A stretch of 64,000 nt of DNA from an uncultured Alphaproteobacteria bacterium (GTDB taxonomy: Bacteria; Pseudomonadota; Alphaproteobacteria; Methylaequorales; Methylaequoraceae): positions 145,036-209,035 of the forward strand of contig CACHGK010000001.1 of assembly GCA_902579395.1 (NCBI GenBank), written 5' to 3'. The translations under genes and the position numbers were made by a program. Every line of letters starts with the position of its first letter. Position 1 is the first letter of the stretch. The notes under the pieces were generated by a model. The model was not told the origin of the DNA and did no database searches. It saw nothing but the letters and a program-made list of their open reading frames with translations. Positions 60,617 to 64,000 of this stretch are shown one piece after another.

Positions 60617-61018
60617 TTACTTAATATTATTTCCATTAATAAAAAAAAAAGTCCCGATTAAAAATAAGAAAATTTGTTCGCTTGTAAAAAGCTTTGTATT
60701 AAAAAACCAATCCTGATGTGCAAAATAAAAAGCACATGTCATAATAATTACAATTACAAATGAAGAAAATCTTGTTGCTATATCTCCGAAATAATTCTTA
60801 AAAAATACAGCTAATATAAGAGTTGACCCTGCTAAAACCTCTGATATTGCTACAATTGATGCCAAAGTGTCACTAAATCCAAAATATTTCATTAAATTCT
60901 CTGGGGGCAATGGAAATTTACTGGCTCCATGAATAATAAAGGCTGTACCAAGTCCAAATCTAAGCAAATAAAACGATATAGGTCTGAGGATTATTAAAAG
61001 TGAAAAAATTTTTTTCAT
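60617..61018 (-). CDS. DoxX family membrane protein
   Basis: 133 aa with four TM helices and the RFGLGTAFIIHGASKF pattern typical of DoxX. Confidence 0.7.
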   Translation of the reverse strand: MKKIFSLLIILRPISFYLLRFGLGTAFIIHGASKFPLPPENLMKYFGFSDTLASIVAISEVLAGSTLILAVFFKNYFGDIATRFSSFVIVIIMTCAFYFAHQDWFFNTKLFTSEQIFLFLIGTFFFINGNNIK

Positions 61019-61056
61019 AATTTTTATTTGATTAATTTTTGCCCATAGAACTTAAC

Positions 61057-61074
61057 CGAAAATATCAATTTTCG
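61057..61074. promoter_or_regulatory. Perfect 18-bp palindrome, candidate operator in a divergent promoter region
   Basis: cgaaaat-atca-attttcg: the 7-nt arms are exact reverse complements. It lies 39 nt upstream of the DoxX start and 89 nt upstream of the hydrolase GTG. Confidence 0.4.
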
Positions 61075-61162
61075 TCGATTTTAAAGAATTATTATTTATT
61101 ATAATAATTTAATAGATAATTTAAATCCTTAAAATAATTTTAAAATTAGAGATGTTACTTAG

Positions 61163-62008
61163 GTGAAACAGAAAATAAAAAAGTTTTATTTATCAGATGG
61201 TACATTCATCAGATACAAAGTATTTGGAAAAGGCAAGCCTCTAATGCTTTTTCATACATTTAGAAATAGATTAGAATATTCGGAAAAAATATCAGAAATA
61301 TAAAAAAAAAAATTTTCAATTATTCTTATGGATCTTCCAGGTTTTGGAGAGTCACCAATTAATAATAAAACTAATTATGATCAAAAATTTTTTACTAAAA
61401 GTATAATTGAGTTAATTAAGTATCTTCAAATAAAGCAAATCACTTTAGCAGGAGAATCAATTGGCGGTGTTCTTTCTTTAACAATTGCAATTAAAATTCC
61501 CAATCTTGTGAAAAAAATATATTTATTCAACCCTTATGATTATGATAGTTATTTTGCAGAAGGAATAAGTAGAGGCAACCTTTTTGCCAAATTTATTATG
61601 TTTAATATTAGGCTCCCAATAATAGGTAACTTTTTTTCTAGTTTAGAAAATAAATTTATTCTCAAAAATATAATGAGAGGTGGTTTTTTTAATAATGAGT
61701 TTTTAACTGATAATTATTTAGATTTGCTATGTTCATCTTTAAAAAAAAAAAACTATGTTTATCACTTTAGAAATGTTTTATCTAATTTTAAAAGCTGGTC
61801 TGACTCTAAAGATTTATATGGTAGTGCTAATTTGCCAATAAAATTAATTTACGGAAGGAATGATTGGTCAAATGTAAATGATAGAAATGAAACACAAAAA
61901 CTTCTGGGGTTAAGTGATTTTGAGATTATTGATGATTGTGGGCATTTCTCATTCTTAGAAAGACCAATGAAAGTTGCACAAATTATTTCATCCAAAAATT
62001 CTGCATGA
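61163..62008 (+). pseudogene. Alpha/beta hydrolase interrupted by an in-frame TAA (61301-61303)
   Basis: The GTG at 61163 gives VKQKIKKFYLSDGTFIRYKVFGKGKPLMLFHTFRNRLEYSEKISEI, then TAA. The same frame continues KKKFSIILMDLPGFGES... into track ORF 61328..62008, which carries GESIGG, the Asp region and GHF. Confidence 0.7.
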
Positions 62009-62075
62009 ATATATTTAGAATAATTGAGTTAACATCAAAAAAAATTATTTTATAAATAGAAATTAATTTAATTAA

Positions 62076-62417
62076 CTATTCTTCACTATTTTTAAATTCT
62101 AATTCTAATATTTCATTTACGTATTCTCCAGCAGCATCAAATGCATCCATTGGATCACCTTTTGGGTTTTTAATCATGTAATCAGAAAATCCTTTGATAG
62201 CTGCAGTGGCTAACATGTCACAAATTTTATCTGGACATCCAGCGTCCCTGAGGACGTTATTCGCACCTTCAATTGCTTTTGATACTGCATTGGAGGGCTT
62301 ATTACCTTTATCCAACTCTATTTTATAAATTTGCATTGCAATGTCTCCAGCATATTCGGCTAAGTCTTCGGTAGATATAAAGGAATCCTCAATAACTGGA
62401 TTTAAAATATCACCCAT
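62076..62417 (-). CDS. Acidic hypothetical protein
   Basis: 113-aa ORF flanked by spacers on both sides. No recognised motif. Confidence 0.55.
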   Translation of the reverse strand: MGDILNPVIEDSFISTEDLAEYAGDIAMQIYKIELDKGNKPSNAVSKAIEGANNVLRDAGCPDKICDMLATAAIKGFSDYMIKNPKGDPMDAFDAAGEYVNEILELEFKNSEE

Positions 62418-62589
62418 TTTTAGTTTCCTTGAAAAAAACTTTTAACATTTCGTCACTTAAAAATAATTGAATTAAATTTAAATAGTAACCGTAAAACTTT
62501 GCATTTCAAATAATTTTTATTAAGTTTTTTTGTATATGCTTTAATTATTGAAATTTGCATAATCATAATAATCTATATATATTCTGCTT

Positions 62590-63759
62590 ATGGATGGTCT
62601 AAATAAATCAATGTACGATATTGGAAGCGATAGTGCTTTTTCGATATTGGCAAGAAGTCAAGAACTCTCAAAACAAGGAAAAAATGTAATAAATTTAGGT
62701 ATTGGACAACCAGACTTTCCAACACCTCCTAATGTTGTAGAGGCTGCAATTAAGGCACTTAAAGATGGTCATCATGGATATACATCTTCTAATGGAATAC
62801 CTGAATTGAGACAAGCAGTTGCAGATGATTTTTATAGAAGAAATAATGTCAAAATTGATCCAAACACAATTCTCATAACTCCGGGTGGTAAATCTGTAAT
62901 TTTTTATACTATGTTGATGTTTGGTGAAATTGGTTCAGAAATTATTACACCAGATCCTGGATTCATTGCATATAAATCAATGATTGATTACACCGGATCA
63001 AAAGCAATATCTCTACCTCATAGAATGCAGAATAACTTTTCATTTGACGCAGATGAATTATTATCATTAGTTAATGATAAAACAAAGCTTATTATCCTCA
63101 ACTCACCGGCCAATCCTACGGGTGGAGTTGTACCAAATAAAGAACTCGAAAAGCTTTCTACAGGTTTACAAAAGTTTCCAAACGTTTTTATACTTTCTGA
63201 CGAAATTTACAGTAGAATTTTGTTTGACAAACAGAGGCATCATTCATTATTAGAGTTTTCTGAGATTAGAGATAGAGTAATTGTTCTTGATGGTTGGTCA
63301 AAAACTTATTCGATGACCGGTTGGAGATTAGGATTTGGTATATTTCCAAAAAATATTTTTGATTATGCTGAAAAGCTTGCAATTAATTGTCATTCTTGTG
63401 TAAATTCTGCATCTCAATATGCCGGAATAGAAGCTCTTAAGGGTTCTCAAGATAGTGTTGAAAAAATGATCCAAAAATTTGAAAAAAGAAGAAATTTTTT
63501 AGTAAAAGAATTAAACTTAATAGAAAACGTAGAGTGTGTTAAACCTGGTGGCGCATTCTACGTTTTTCCAAGATTAAAAAAAAATAATTTTACTTCCACT
63601 GAAATTTCTCAATATCTACTTGAAAAAAAATTTATTGCAACAGTACCTGGATCTTCCTTTGGATCTAATGGTGAAGGATTTTTGCGAATCTCCTATGCAA
63701 ATTCAATGGAAAATTTAGAAAAATTCATTAGTTGCCTAAGAGAATTTATGAATGAGTAG
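62590..63759 (+). CDS. Class I/II pyridoxal-phosphate-dependent aminotransferase (aspartate aminotransferase-like)
   Basis: 389 aa with NLGIGQPDF, NSPANPTG and the PLP-lysine context GWSKTYSMTGWRLG. Confidence 0.9.
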   Translation: MDGLNKSMYDIGSDSAFSILARSQELSKQGKNVINLGIGQPDFPTPPNVVEAAIKALKDGHHGYTSSNGIPELRQAVADDFYRRNNVKIDPNTILITPGGKSVIFYTMLMFGEIGSEIITPDPGFIAYKSMIDYTGSKAISLPHRMQNNFSFDADELLSLVNDKTKLIILNSPANPTGGVVPNKELEKLSTGLQKFPNVFILSDEIYSRILFDKQRHHSLLEFSEIRDRVIVLDGWSKTYSMTGWRLGFGIFPKNIFDYAEKLAINCHSCVNSASQYAGIEALKGSQDSVEKMIQKFEKRRNFLVKELNLIENVECVKPGGAFYVFPRLKKNNFTSTEISQYLLEKKFIATVPGSSFGSNGEGFLRISYANSMENLEKFISCLREFMNE

Positions 63760-63830
63760 AAATTACACTTTTTTTGTTTAAATTTTAATCAAATTAATTC
63801 TTATCTTTTAGAAATCCCTTGAATAGTTGA

Positions 63831-64000
<170 letters not shown>

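Overview
AT-rich, very gene-dense chromosome segment. Gene order and composition look like a streamlined marine alphaproteobacterium (SAR11/Pelagibacterales-like); this is an inference, as no marker such as rRNA is in the window. Positions 1-34.6 kb are a housekeeping block, almost all on the minus strand: rpsB (partial), dnaE, lolD/lolC, proS, DUF1467, mce, rnj, coaX, birA, a complete 14-gene nuoA-N operon, an orphan secreted protein, tRNA-Asp and tRNA-Val, a plus-strand uracil-DNA glycosylase, hup, the tRNA-Leu/tig/clpP/clpX/lon string, and nnr. Spacers there are mostly 0-10 nt or overlaps. Positions 34.6-64 kb switch to mixed orientation, longer spacers (up to 322 nt) and many unassignable genes. 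Recognisable content in this half: bioB, trmL, a SAM methyltransferase, two photolyase-family genes (one with apparently swapped domain order), a DUF2798/cupredoxin pair, a run of hypothetical genes (a ribosome-recycling-factor-like protein, a membrane-anchored J-domain protein, a coiled-coil protein, a tandem TerB-like protein), a short ogt, a 646-aa PEPCK/HprK-like protein, nth, coq7, a CBS protein, yadGH-like ABC-2 exporter genes, a metal-related trio (siderophore-interacting reductase, 10-TM PGCG transporter, signal-less binding protein), a glucosylglycerate operon (gpgP-gpgS-GH13 phosphorylase), a type III polyketide synthase with an ICMT-type methyltransferase, DoxX, an alpha/beta hydrolase broken by an in-frame TAA, an aminotransferase, and the start of glnB behind a sigma-54-like promoter. 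I found no CRISPR arrays, transposases, integrases or rRNA. The best candidates for something new are the PKS/ICMT plus glucosylglycerate string, the domain-swapped photolyase homologue, the RRF-like/J-domain/TerB gene group, the PEPCK-like protein next to a Fur-like box, and the metal trio. All functional calls come from motif recognition by eye, with no database searches.
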